Positions 1 to 9,214 of a stretch of 64,000 nt of DNA are shown one piece after another. This DNA is from Anaeromyxobacter sp. (GTDB lineage: Bacteria > Myxococcota > Myxococcia > Myxococcales > Anaeromyxobacteraceae), in the NCBI GenBank assembly GCA_049840735.1, contig JASGJN010000022.1:704001-768000 (forward strand), written 5' to 3'. The position numbers and the translations under genes were made by a program. The stretch's first letter is position 1. Each line of letters begins with the position of its first letter. A model generated the notes under the pieces. The model did not search any database and was not told the DNA's origin. It saw only the letters and a program-made list of their open reading frames with translations.

Positions 1-44
1 AGGACAACGCGTACGAGGACGGGGAGGCCATCCCGGCGCCGTGA
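1..44 (+). CDS. 3' end of an unidentified gene truncated by the window edge
   Basis: Frame from nt 3 reads DNAYEDGEAIPAP-TGA with GC3-rich codons and converges on the next gene. Confidence 0.5.
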   Translation, partial: DNAYEDGEAIPAP

Positions 45-47
45 GGG

Positions 48-500
48 TCAGCCCCGCGCCAGCTCCGCGGTGAGGCGATCCAGGTTCTCCTCGTTGGCCG
101 GCCGGGCGAACCGCTCGACCTTCCGGTAGTCGGAGTCGGTGTCGAAGGTCTGCCGCCAGCCGAGCCGGGTGCCGCCCCCCTCCGGCGTGAGCGTCACTGT
201 CAGCGTGTAGTACGGGTGCGAGCGGTGGCGGATGACGATCCGCTGCGCGTCGAAGGCCTCGAACGCCGACTCGTTCTGGTAGTTCCCGCCGGTCGGGCCG
301 TGCATGGTGAAGCGCCACTGGCCCCCGGGCCGCGGCTCGAAGACGTGGAAGGTGTTGCGGAAGTCCCTCGGCCCCCACCAGCGGGCGAGCCGGTCGGCGT
401 CGCTGAACGCGGCGAGGATCTGCGCGGGCATGGCGTCGAGGTGGCGGGAGGTGGCGAGCGTGCGCGCGTCGTCGGAGGTGGCCGCGGGGGTGGGTTCCAT
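48..500 (-). CDS. SRPBCC/AHSA1 (START-like) domain protein
   Basis: LARWWGP, RPGGQWRFTMHGP and NEENLDRL motifs are typical of the AHSA1 family. Confidence 0.85.
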   Translation of the reverse strand: MEPTPAATSDDARTLATSRHLDAMPAQILAAFSDADRLARWWGPRDFRNTFHVFEPRPGGQWRFTMHGPTGGNYQNESAFEAFDAQRIVIRHRSHPYYTLTVTLTPEGGGTRLGWRQTFDTDSDYRKVERFARPANEENLDRLTAELARG

Positions 501-579
501 GCAGGTCCTTCTGGCCGCCGGAGCCGATCGGCGCGAGCGGATCGTCGATCCCGGGAGGGGCCGCCGGCGGCGCGGCGGC

Positions 580-1167
580 TCAACCCTTCTTCAGGAACCC
601 CTGCTCGACGCACTCCTGCAGCAGCCGCTCGGTGAAGGCCCAGAGCGCCTCCGAGCCGTGCTGGATGGCCTGCTTCTTCTCGTGGACGCGCTCGTAGTCC
701 ACCCCGAACTCGACCCAGGTGCCGCCGCGGTTGGCGGCGTTCTGGAGGATCGGCTCCAGCCGGTCGAGCGCCTTGGCGAAGCGCGCGTCGGCGGTCCGGC
801 CGGCCTCGAACTCCTCCCAGAGCGCGATCAGCTCCGCCGCCTGGGGCGCGGGCAGGAGCCCGAAGATGCGCTGCGCGCCCTGCCGCTCGGCCTCGGTGTT
901 CGCGTGGCTGCGGGTGGTGTCGTAGATGAACGTGTCCCCGGCGTCGATCTCCACAACGTCGTGGATGAGGACCATCTTCATCACGCGCAAGAGGTCGATG
1001 GGCTCGTTCGCGTGCTCCGCCAGCACCACCGCCATCATGGCCAGGTGCCAGCTGTGCTCGGCGTCGTTCTCCCGCCGGTCGACGCAGATGAGCCTGGTCT
1101 TGCGCAGGATGGTCTTGAGCTTGTCGATCTCGCGGATGAACCCGAGCTGCCGGAGGAGCGCGTCCAT
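580..1167 (-). CDS. HD-domain hydrolase (HDDC2/YGK1-like, putative 5'-deoxynucleotidase)
   Basis: ENDAEHSWHLA, LIHDVVEIDAGD, LWEEFE and AKALDR motifs. Confidence 0.9.
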   Translation of the reverse strand: MDALLRQLGFIREIDKLKTILRKTRLICVDRRENDAEHSWHLAMMAVVLAEHANEPIDLLRVMKMVLIHDVVEIDAGDTFIYDTTRSHANTEAERQGAQRIFGLLPAPQAAELIALWEEFEAGRTADARFAKALDRLEPILQNAANRGGTWVEFGVDYERVHEKKQAIQHGSEALWAFTERLLQECVEQGFLKKG

Positions 1168-1362
1168 GGTCGGTGCGGACTAGAGCACAAGGCGGCGGCG
1201 CGTGCACGGGCCGGCGGCGGGCGAGGGCGAGAGCAGCGCACCGCCCGGGGAGGCCCCGGGCTGGCGACGCGTCCGGCGGCGCCCCTCCGGGCCTGTCCCA
1301 CCCGGCACGCACCGCGGGTGTGGGTCTGTACGCGATCACGCGCATCACTGGAGGTGGAAGTC

Positions 1363-2529
1363 ATGTCACGCGTCTCAGCGGCGGCCCTGGTGGCCGCCTC
1401 CGCCCTCGGCCTGGCCTGCGGCGGCTCGCCCGGCGGGAGCCCGGCGGACGCCTCCCGGGCGGACCAGCGGGGACAGGGGGGCCGGTACGTGCAGCGCAAC
1501 CTGGTGTCCGACGGCAGCGTCCAGGCCGAGCATGTGGACCCCAACCTGATCAACGCCTGGGGGCTGGCCCGCCTCCCGGCCAGCCCGTGGTGGGTCGCCG
1601 CGGCCGACGCGGGGGTGAGCACGCTCTACGACGGCGAGGGCGTGGCGAGCCCGCTGGTGGTGAGCGTGAGCGGTGCGGGCGGGCAGCCGGGCGCCCCGAC
1701 GGGCACAGTGGCCAACCCCACCGATGCCTTCGTGGTGACGAGCGGCGGCGCCAGCGGCGCAGCCCGGTTCCTCTTCGCCAGCGAGGACGGCACCATCAGC
1801 GGCTGGAACCCGCAGGTGCCGCCGCCCGCGGCCGGCGCGCGCTCCACCACCACCGTGGTCGCCGTGGACCGCTCGGCGGACGAGGCCAGCTACAAGGGGC
1901 TGGCGCTGGCGCAGACGGCCTCAGGTCCGCGGCTCTACGCCGCCGACTTCAAGCACGCGCGGGTGGACGTGTTCGACGGCGCCTTCGCGCCGGTGAGCCT
2001 CCACGACGGCGCGTTCGTGGACCCCGACCTCCCCGCCGGCTTCGCGCCGTTCGGCGTCCACGAGGTGAACGGCCACGTCGTGGTCACCTACGCCATGCAG
2101 GACGAGGAAGGCGAGGAGGAGGTGGCCGGCCCGCACCTGGGCTACGTGGACGCGTACACCACCGACGGCCACCTGGAGCGGCGCATCGCCTCGGGCGGCA
2201 AGCTCGACGCGCCCTGGGGCGTGGCGCTGGCGCCGCAGGCCGGCTTCGGCCGGCTCTCGGGGCGGCTCCTGGTCGGCAACTTCGGCGACGGGACCATCGT
2301 GGCCTACAAGCTCGACGGGCGCGGCCACTCCGACGGCGGCGATTACCTCACCACCGCCGACGGCCGCCTGGTCATCGACGGCCTGTGGGGCCTCGGCTTC
2401 GGGAACGGGGCCGCGGCCGGACCCGTCGACGCGCTCTATTTCGCGGCCGGCCCGGAGGAGGAGACGCACGGCCTGTTCGGGCGGATTGACTTCGCGGCGG
2501 CGCCCGGGGACGGCGACGGCGACCGGTAG
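1363..2529 (+). CDS. TIGR03118-family protein, probable lipoprotein
   Basis: GGAGG RBS before ATG 1363; lipobox-like LGLAC; YVQRNLVSD, DPNLINAWGL, FLFASEDGTISGW, LLVGNFGDG, IDGLWGL and HGLFG motifs. Confidence 0.85.
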   Translation: MSRVSAAALVAASALGLACGGSPGGSPADASRADQRGQGGRYVQRNLVSDGSVQAEHVDPNLINAWGLARLPASPWWVAAADAGVSTLYDGEGVASPLVVSVSGAGGQPGAPTGTVANPTDAFVVTSGGASGAARFLFASEDGTISGWNPQVPPPAAGARSTTTVVAVDRSADEASYKGLALAQTASGPRLYAADFKHARVDVFDGAFAPVSLHDGAFVDPDLPAGFAPFGVHEVNGHVVVTYAMQDEEGEEEVAGPHLGYVDAYTTDGHLERRIASGGKLDAPWGVALAPQAGFGRLSGRLLVGNFGDGTIVAYKLDGRGHSDGGDYLTTADGRLVIDGLWGLGFGNGAAAGPVDALYFAAGPEEETHGLFGRIDFAAAPGDGDGDR

Positions 2530-2581
2530 CGGCGGGGGGCGCCGGCTCCGGCCGGCGCCCACCATGGCGAGCAGGTGCAGG

Positions 2582-3481
2582 TCAGGCCGGCGACGACCGG
2601 TGCTCCGGCCCGCCCCCGACCCTGGCGAAGAGGCGCTGCAGCTCGTCCAGGTCGGGTGGCTTGGAGAGATGGGCGTCGAAGCCGGCCTGCTGGGCGTACC
2701 CGGTCAGCGCGATGGCGTACGGGGCCGCCGCGTGGCCGGCCGCGCGGGCCGCCGCGATCACCTTGTGACCGGTCATGTCGGGCAGGCCGACGTCGCACAG
2801 CAGCACCTGCGGACAGCTGCGCTGGATCTCCCGGATGCCCTCCTGGCCGGTGCGCACGACGCGGGTGGCGTGGCCCATCAGGCCCAGGATCTCGGCCAGG
2901 GTCTCGCCCGCGTCCTCGTTGTCCTCCACGATCAGCACGTCGAGCCTGCCCGCCTCGGACGCGGCGGCGAGCGGGGAGGCCGCCGGGCGGGGCTTCTGCG
3001 AAGGTCTCGAAGGTGATGGGCTCGTCCGGGCCCACGCCCCAGACTTCGCGCACGCGCGCGTCCCAGCCGATGGTCCCCGACACGATGCGTAGTCGTGGCT
3101 GCCCAGGCCGGCCGCGTCCCTGGCCAGGCGCAGCTGCTCCAGCACCGCCCGCAGCGCGGCCTCGGAGCGGGCCAGGGCCGCCGCGCTGCGCCGCGCCTCG
3201 TCGAGCGCCAGGGCGCGGTCCAGCGCCAGCGCGCAGCGCTCGGCCACCGAGAGCATCAGCTCGCGGTAACCTGGCGTGAAGTCCCGCTCGGCGAAGTAGG
3301 CCAGGCCGAGCGCGCCGCGGGTGCGGCCGTCCACGATCAGCGGGAGGGCGACCCAGGCGCGGTCCGGCCCGGAGGCGACCGCCGGCGCCCACTCCGGATA
3401 GGCCGCGATGGCCTCCTGGGGGGAGGCGACCCAGACCGCGGAGCCCGAGCGGAAGGCGTCGGGGCCGAGGATGCTCCGCGT
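2582..3481 (-). pseudogene. Decayed hybrid sensor kinase/response regulator remnant (GAF fragment, PAS fragment, receiver)
   Basis: GAF-like segment (AWVALPLIVDGRTRGALGL...AERCALALDRA) runs up to an in-frame TGA at 3482-3484 with no start; out-of-frame PAS piece (IGWDARVREVWG); receiver (VLIVEDNED, CDVGLPDMTG, AHLSKP); no HisKA/HATPase domains. Confidence 0.75.
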
Positions 3482-3499
3482 TCACGCGCGAGAAACGCG

Positions 3500-3531
3500 G
3501 AAGGGCACGAGGCGCTGGCCCCGTGCCCTTC
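3500..3531 (-). terminator. Probable intrinsic terminator of ssb
   Basis: Stem GAAGGGCACG/CGTGCCCTTC followed on the minus strand by CGCGTTTCTC, ~30 nt after the ssb stop. Confidence 0.55.
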
Positions 3532-3559
3532 GCGTGAAGCTGGACTGCGCTGGTGCCAG

Positions 3560-4048
3560 CTAGAACGGGATATCGTCCGGCCCACCGCCGCCGCCGCCGC
3601 CGCCGCCGCCGTGGCCACCGCCAGGACCGGAATCCGGCTCCTCGAAGCCGCCCGGCGGCTCGTCCGGCATGCCGCCGCCGCGCCCGCCACCACCGGGGCC
3701 ACCAGGGCCGCCGGCGCCGCGGCCGCCCAGGAAGCGGACGGACTCGGCCACGACCTTCACCTTGTAGCGCTCCTGGCCGGACTGCTTGTCCTGCCACTTG
3801 TCGGTCTTGAGGCGGCCCTCGACGTAGACCTGGCGGCCCTTGGCCAGGTACTCACCGCACTGCTCGGCCTGCTTCCCCCAGACCTCGACGTCGTGCCACT
3901 CCGTCTCCTCCTTGCGCTGCCCGGACTGCTTGTCGGTCCAGGAGCGGGAGGTGGCGATGCGGAGGTTCGCGACCGCCTGACCGCCCGACGTGTAGCGGAC
4001 CTCGGGATCCTTTCCGAGGTTACCGATGAGGATGACCCTGTTCACCAT
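3560..4048 (-). CDS. ssb: Single-stranded DNA-binding protein
   Basis: [21 protein letters not shown], Gly-rich linker and C-terminal DDIPF. Confidence 0.98.
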   Translation of the reverse strand: MVNRVILIGNLGKDPEVRYTSGGQAVANLRIATSRSWTDKQSGQRKEETEWHDVEVWGKQAEQCGEYLAKGRQVYVEGRLKTDKWQDKQSGQERYKVKVVAESVRFLGGRGAGGPGGPGGGGRGGGMPDEPPGGFEEPDSGPGGGHGGGGGGGGGGPDDIPF

Positions 4049-4332
4049 GGCGATCGCTCCTTGAGTGGCCTGCGGAGGCCGCAGGCGTTCCTTTTACGGC
4101 CGTACAGCGCGGATGCTCCAGTGTGGATGACCTTCTAGCACCCGGGGCTGACAGGCGCCCGGGGGATCGGCCGGCCTGCCACGACAGATCGGTCAGGCGG
4201 TACGCGTGCTTTGGGGTTCCCGCCCGGGTCGCGGGAGGTTGCGGGGCTGGACGTCGAGGCGTACGGCGGCCACGGCAGGCCGGCGCCGGTCGCGGCGGCC
4301 GCTCACCTCAGGTCCCTTCGATGTCGCCGCCG

Positions 4333-5701
4333 CGGGTAGGAGCCCGGCGTTTCAGCGTGTCGCGGCGGCGACCTGGTGCGGGCGGAGGCCCGCGAGTTGC
4401 TCCTCGGTGGCGGCGACGAGGACATCCCGCACCGAGGCCAGGAGGTCTCGCCAGCGGGGCGCCCGGCCCTCGTCCGACCGCAGCGTGACCGCGCGGTAGA
4501 GCGCCAGTAACGTGTAGGCGATCCGCCTGAGCAGCAGCACCGCCAGCATGCCCTGCGGGTCGGCCTCGATCCACGGCCGCTCGTCCTCGGCGAAGGCGGT
4601 GTCGAGCGTGTGGTGGTTCTGGTTCTCGACACCCCAGTGGCTGCGGACGAGGAGCAGCCACTGAGCAGGCGTCAGCCTGCCCGGTTGCATGCTGCTCACG
4701 AACACCCGCGCGTCCTGCTCGATGACCTCGCCGCTGCGCCGCTTCACGTATTCCACCCTCAGGAAAGTCCCGGCGTGGCTCCAGACCGACTCCTCGGGCG
4801 TCTTGCTCGCGCTATAGCTCCAGCTCGGATCGACGCCCAGCAGCGTCAGGCTGCGGGTGACGGTGGTAGCGTTGTCGAGCACGTCCAACGTCTGGGCCGC
4901 CATCTCCTGCGAGCTCAGCAGCTCGCTCGCCAGCTTGAACATGGTCCGCTGCTCGCCCTTGAGCGTGAACAGGTAATCCTTGCCCGCGGCCACCACGGCG
5001 CTGGCGTTGGCCTCGGAGAGCGCGCCGGCGTCGTAGGTCACCACGCGGAAGATCCCGCCGTGGGCAGCGGTCAGGCGCTCGAACGCCTGCTGGAAGAAGC
5101 CCACCTCGTTCGACGCGGCCGGGATCGGGATGGCGTCGATGCAGGGCCGCCCCGCCGCCGAGACCAGCGCGCACGTCACCGTCCGCACCAGGCCGAACGG
5201 GACCGCCTGCCCCTCGATGTGGTTCTGCACCAGCGGGTGGTTGAGGACCGGCAGCATCGTCACCTTGCCGTCCAACGCCACCACGCCGAACGGCAGCCCC
5301 ACCGGCGCGAGCGCCTTGCGGCGCCAGGCCGCCCGGACGGCCCGATGCAGCACCGCCCGCAGCGACTCGAGCGGCACCCGGCAGAGCGCGTCCCGCGCCG
5401 TCGTGTCCGCCAGCCGCCGCGGCAGCCCCAGCCGGCGGCGCATCGCCGGCGCCAGGCTGTCGGTGAGCCGCTCCGCGTCCCACAGGCTGCGGCAGCCCGC
5501 CATCAGCCCCAGCAGCGTGGCCCGGAGGATCTGCGACAGCGCCCACCGCCCCTCTCGTGCCCGGGGGTCCGAGACCCGGTCCAGGTCCAGCTCCGGCAGC
5601 CGGGCCCGCAGCAGCCCCGCCACCCTCCTCACAGCCCTTTCCCTCACGGATCGCCTCTCGTATGATCTCGGGGTCGTTGGCATCCGCCGGGCTCCTACCC
5701 G
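4333..5701 (-). mobile_element. ISAs1-family insertion sequence, provisionally bounded by perfect 17-bp inverted repeats
   Basis: CGGGTAGGAGCCCGGCG (4333-4349) and CGCCGGGCTCCTACCCG (5685-5701) flank the transposase; no target duplication directly outside them. Confidence 0.75.
4352..5683 (-). CDS. ISAs1-family DDE transposase, intact (443 aa)
   Basis: DPR near the N-terminus, ALDGK, VTYDA, DYLFTLKG and RSHWGVENQNHHTLDTAFAED. Confidence 0.92.
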   Translation of the reverse strand: MPTTPRSYERRSVRERAVRRVAGLLRARLPELDLDRVSDPRAREGRWALSQILRATLLGLMAGCRSLWDAERLTDSLAPAMRRRLGLPRRLADTTARDALCRVPLESLRAVLHRAVRAAWRRKALAPVGLPFGVVALDGKVTMLPVLNHPLVQNHIEGQAVPFGLVRTVTCALVSAAGRPCIDAIPIPAASNEVGFFQQAFERLTAAHGGIFRVVTYDAGALSEANASAVVAAGKDYLFTLKGEQRTMFKLASELLSSQEMAAQTLDVLDNATTVTRSLTLLGVDPSWSYSASKTPEESVWSHAGTFLRVEYVKRRSGEVIEQDARVFVSSMQPGRLTPAQWLLLVRSHWGVENQNHHTLDTAFAEDERPWIEADPQGMLAVLLLRRIAYTLLALYRAVTLRSDEGRAPRWRDLLASVRDVLVAATEEQLAGLRPHQVAAATR

Positions 5702-5713
5702 ACGACAGCCGTA

Positions 5714-5755
5714 AGCGGCGGGCGATCGGCCAAGATCGCCCGCCGCTCTTCTTTC
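5714..5755 (+). terminator. 14-bp perfect hairpin with pyrimidine tail
   Basis: AGCGGCGGGCGATC-ggccaa-GATCGCCCGCCGCT followed by CTTCTTTC on the + strand. Confidence 0.65.
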
Positions 5756-5900
5756 GTACCCTGAGTGGAGATGGGCCTGCGAATTTGTGCGTGCCCCACG
5801 GTCATGGGCTGCGGCGGCCTAACCCGGCGCCCTCACGGCCGACTACTTCGGGCGGGGCCTCGCGCTACCAATCACGCCTGGCCGGCCTGCCGCCAGGGCC

Positions 5901-6647
5901 CTACCAAGGCAGCGGTTTTCCGTCGCGGAAGAAGCCGCCGGTGGGGCCGTCCGGGCCCAGCTCGGCGGCCCAGACCACGCTGGCGGCCCCCACCGCCACC
6001 GGTCGGGCGCCCAGCTGGGCGCCGCCCGGGAAGGTGGCGGTGAAACCGGGGCAGACGGCGTTGACCTTGATCCCCTCGGCCCGCAGCTCGGCGGCGAACG
6101 AGGCGGTCAGCGCGTTGAGCGCGGCCTTGGCCACCGCGTAGGCCGGCCCCATGGCGTTCTCCGAGGCCAGCCCGAACTCGGGATCGCCGTGCGAGCCGGC
6201 GCCGCTGGACACGTTCACCACCCGTGAACGACCGGCACGCCGCAGCAGCGGCAGCAGCGCGCGGGTGGTGCGCCAGGCGCCGAAGAGCGCGACCTGGAGC
6301 GCCGCCTGCGCCTCGGCCAGCCGGGTGGTGGAGGGCGGGTTGCCGGGGGAGATGCTGGCGGCGGCGTTGTTCACCAGCACGTCCACGCGCCCGCGGGCGG
6401 CCTCCAGCCAGCGGGCGAGCGCCGCCACGCTCCCCTCGTCCGCGACGTCGAGGACGTGGGGCGCGACGTCCAGCCCCTCGGCCTGCAGCTCGGCGGCGCG
6501 GGCCCTGGCGGCCTGCGGGTCGCGCGCCGTGAGCACCACCGCGTAGCCTCGCCGCGCCAGCTGCCGGCACACCTCGAAGCCGATGCCCTCGGCGCGGCTC
6601 GCGCCGGTGACCACCGCCACCGGGCGGGGAGCCTCCTGTTCGGCCAT
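5901..6647 (-). CDS. SDR family oxidoreductase (carbonyl reductase-like)
   Basis: VTGASRAEGIG, LVNNA, NVSS, YAVAK, VNAVCPG and GPTGGFFRDG; GGAGG RBS before ATG 6647. Confidence 0.92.
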   Translation of the reverse strand: MAEQEAPRPVAVVTGASRAEGIGFEVCRQLARRGYAVVLTARDPQAARARAAELQAEGLDVAPHVLDVADEGSVAALARWLEAARGRVDVLVNNAAASISPGNPPSTTRLAEAQAALQVALFGAWRTTRALLPLLRRAGRSRVVNVSSGAGSHGDPEFGLASENAMGPAYAVAKAALNALTASFAAELRAEGIKVNAVCPGFTATFPGGAQLGARPVAVGAASVVWAAELGPDGPTGGFFRDGKPLPW

Positions 6648-6743
6648 GCGCGCCTCCTGCCTCCGATCTGTGCCGCGCGCGGCCCCGCGTCCACCCGAAG
6701 CGCGCTGCAGCAAGTCGGGACGGAGGCCATGGGACCCGATGGC

Positions 6744-6792
6744 GGCCGTTCGCCCTGAGCGTGGCGGCGCGAAGCGCCGCGGAGTCGACGGG
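6744..6792 (-). repeat. REP-like repeat family A, copy 1
   Basis: Minus strand CCCGTCGACTCCGC-[hairpin]-CCACGCTCAGGGCGAACGGCC; matches the copies at 9760 and 43486. Confidence 0.85.
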
Positions 6793-9015
6793 TCAGCGTC
6801 CCACGCCGCTCGCAGGCACCGGCTCGAGCCGGGGCGCCTCCTGGCGCCGGCGCACCTCGTCGCGCGCCACCGCCAGGGCCGGCCCCAGCTCCCGCGCGAA
6901 GGGCGCGCTGGGGCCGTCGCCCGCGGCCAGCGTCTGCAGGCCGGCGGCGAACGGGGCATCGCCGTCCTCGGCGCGCCCGAGCCCGGTCACCAGCGACCGC
7001 AGCGCGGCCTGCCTGGCCGGCGGCTGCGCGAAGCGGAGCGCCTCGACCAGCTCGGCGGGCGCGGCGTTGGCGACCCCGGCCAGCGCGGAGGCCACCGCCG
7101 CCTCGAGGTGCGGCTCGGCCTGGGAGGGCTGCGCCAGCTCGACCAGCCTGCGCAGCGCCTCCGGCTCGGCGTCGGCCGCCAGGTCGGCCAGCGAGGAGAT
7201 CACCGGCGGCTGCGGCTCGTCCAGGAGGGCGGTCCAGAGGCGGACCACCGCCTGCGGGTCGGCGGCCAGCGCCTCCAGGAAGCTGCGCCGCGCCGCCTCG
7301 CCCTCGGGGTCGGAGAGGTAGACGCACTCGGCGATGGCCAGCCGGAGGGCCGGGTCGGCGGTGCTGCGCAGCGCGCCGCGGAGGAGCGGCTCGTTGCGCA
7401 GGTCGCCCTTGCGGCCGAAGCCGTAGAAGGTCCGGGCGGCGCCGGCCAGGTCGGGCACGGGCGCCGGTGGTGGGGCGGCGGCGGCGGCGAGCGCGCCGGG
7501 CGGGCCCCCGCTGGCGGCCAGCGTGGCCCCCACGGCGTCCACCGCGCGCAGCACCGGCCAGCGGCCGGGCGAGTCGTTGACCAGCACCGCGAAGGCCAGC
7601 ACCTTGCCGCCGGCGGTCTGGACGTAGCCGGCCAGCGAGACCACGCCCTCCAGCGAGCCGGTCTTGGCCCGCAGCCGGCCGGCGGCCTCGGTCCCTTCCA
7701 TGCGCCAGCGGATGGTCCCGTCGCGCGCCGCCACCGGCAGCGACCCCAGGTACTCGGGCTGGAGCGGGAAGCGGCTCCACATGGCCTGCAGCACCGTCAC
7801 CAGCTGGTGGGCCGAGAACCGGTTGGCGTCGTTCAGGCCGGAGCCGTTGGTCATGACGTAGGTGCCCGGCGCGACGCCCACCTCGGCCAGGAAGTCCTGC
7901 GTGACCGCCGTGCCCTTGGGCCAGCTGCCGGGCGCGCCCTTCACCTCGGCGCCCAGCGTCTTGAGCAGCTGCTCGGCGATGAAGTTGTTGGAGTGCTTGT
8001 TGAGGCGGCGGACGATGTCGGCCAGCTCGTCCGACTGCGTGACGTAGAGGAGCCGCGCGCTGGCCGGCACCGGGCCGGCGCGGACGCGCCCCACCTTCAC
8101 GCCGCGCAGCTCCAGGAGGCGGACCAGCGTGGCGCCCAGGTAGGCGGCCGGGTCCTCCACGCGGCGCCAGATCACCGTCGGCCGCGCGCCCAGCGGGATG
8201 CGCCCCTCCACCACCACGCGCTGCTTGCCGCCGCGCAGCTCGGCGCTGACCTTGACGCTGGAGCGGGCGGTGCGGCTCGCGGTCTGGGTCCGGTTCTCCA
8301 GGACCACCCAGCCGCTCTCCGGCTCCACCTCGACGCGCGCGCGCTGCCCGCGCGCGGGGCCGGGGGCCACGTGCACGCCAATGGCGTTGAAGTTGAGCGA
8401 GAGCGCGCCGGCCGGGGCCAGGTAGGCGCGGTCGCCCTCCTCCTGGTCGAAGCCCGGGCCGGTCCGCTCGGCGTCGAAGAAGCCGTCGTCCAGGACCAGC
8501 TCGTCCACGCGGCGCAGGCCGAGGTGGGCCAGGTCGCCGGCGATGGCCCAGAGCCGCTCGGTGACGAGCGAGGGATCGCCCCGGCCGCGGACGTGGAGCG
8601 CCTTCACGCGCGACAGGTCGGGCGCGCCGTCCACCAGGAACTCGGTGGCGAAGCGGTACTCCGGCCCCAGCCGCGCCAGCGCCGCCGCGGTGGTGACCAG
8701 CTTCACGTTGGAGGCCGGGTTGAGGAGCGCGTCGCCGTCCTTCGAGTACACCGCCGGGCCGCCGTCTGCGGGTGCGACGTAGATGCCGACGCGCGCCCGC
8801 GCCAGCGGATCGGCCGCGGCGATGGCGTTGAGAGCCTCTACCAGTTCTGTCCTGTCGGGGGTCGCCGCTCCGGGTGCGGCGAAACCATTACTCTGGGATA
8901 AGGAGGCCGAAGAATTACTCTGGGAGTTCGCTGAGGCTACCCGGACGGAGGGTTGGGGGGTGGCGGCGACGAGCGATGCGAGGACGGCGGCCAGGGCGCC
9001 GGTGGGCAGGGGCAC
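6793..9015 (-). CDS. dacB: D-Ala-D-Ala carboxypeptidase/endopeptidase (PBP4, peptidase S13) with C-terminal helical extension
   Basis: PASNVK (SxxK), GDPSL, SNN, NGSGL and KTGSL motifs; signal-peptide-like N-terminus. Confidence 0.93.
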   Translation of the reverse strand: MPLPTGALAAVLASLVAATPQPSVRVASANSQSNSSASLSQSNGFAAPGAATPDRTELVEALNAIAAADPLARARVGIYVAPADGGPAVYSKDGDALLNPASNVKLVTTAAALARLGPEYRFATEFLVDGAPDLSRVKALHVRGRGDPSLVTERLWAIAGDLAHLGLRRVDELVLDDGFFDAERTGPGFDQEEGDRAYLAPAGALSLNFNAIGVHVAPGPARGQRARVEVEPESGWVVLENRTQTASRTARSSVKVSAELRGGKQRVVVEGRIPLGARPTVIWRRVEDPAAYLGATLVRLLELRGVKVGRVRAGPVPASARLLYVTQSDELADIVRRLNKHSNNFIAEQLLKTLGAEVKGAPGSWPKGTAVTQDFLAEVGVAPGTYVMTNGSGLNDANRFSAHQLVTVLQAMWSRFPLQPEYLGSLPVAARDGTIRWRMEGTEAAGRLRAKTGSLEGVVSLAGYVQTAGGKVLAFAVLVNDSPGRWPVLRAVDAVGATLAASGGPPGALAAAAAPPPAPVPDLAGAARTFYGFGRKGDLRNEPLLRGALRSTADPALRLAIAECVYLSDPEGEAARRSFLEALAADPQAVVRLWTALLDEPQPPVISSLADLAADAEPEALRRLVELAQPSQAEPHLEAAVASALAGVANAAPAELVEALRFAQPPARQAALRSLVTGLGRAEDGDAPFAAGLQTLAAGDGPSAPFARELGPALAVARDEVRRRQEAPRLEPVPASGVGR

Positions 9016-9118
9016 GGTGTGGGGTCCGGTGGGCGGGCGGTGGCTGGAGGGGCGCTAGGGCTTGGGCTTACTTGGAAAAACGCCTGGTGGGGGGTCGCCT
9101 ATTTCGCCGCTGGGCGCG

Positions 9119-9148
9119 TTGACAGGTGCGGCACGGCACCGCTAGGGT
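9119..9148 (+). promoter_or_regulatory. Putative sigma70-type promoter of the Fur-family gene
   Basis: TTGACA, 18-nt spacer, TAGGGT; ~65 nt upstream of ATG 9215. Confidence 0.55.
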
Positions 9149-9214
9149 ACGACGAGCAAGGGGTCGAGACAGGGTCGCGCCTGGGGCCGCGAACCTGGCA
9201 TTGGGGTGGGTGAC

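Noticed and set aside
4169..5891. 12-bp direct repeat GGCCGGCCTGCC (4169-4180 and 5880-5891) as the IS target-site duplication
   Set aside because: No convincing inverted repeats lie just inside it and such a GC-rich word can recur by chance; an empty-site comparison is needed.
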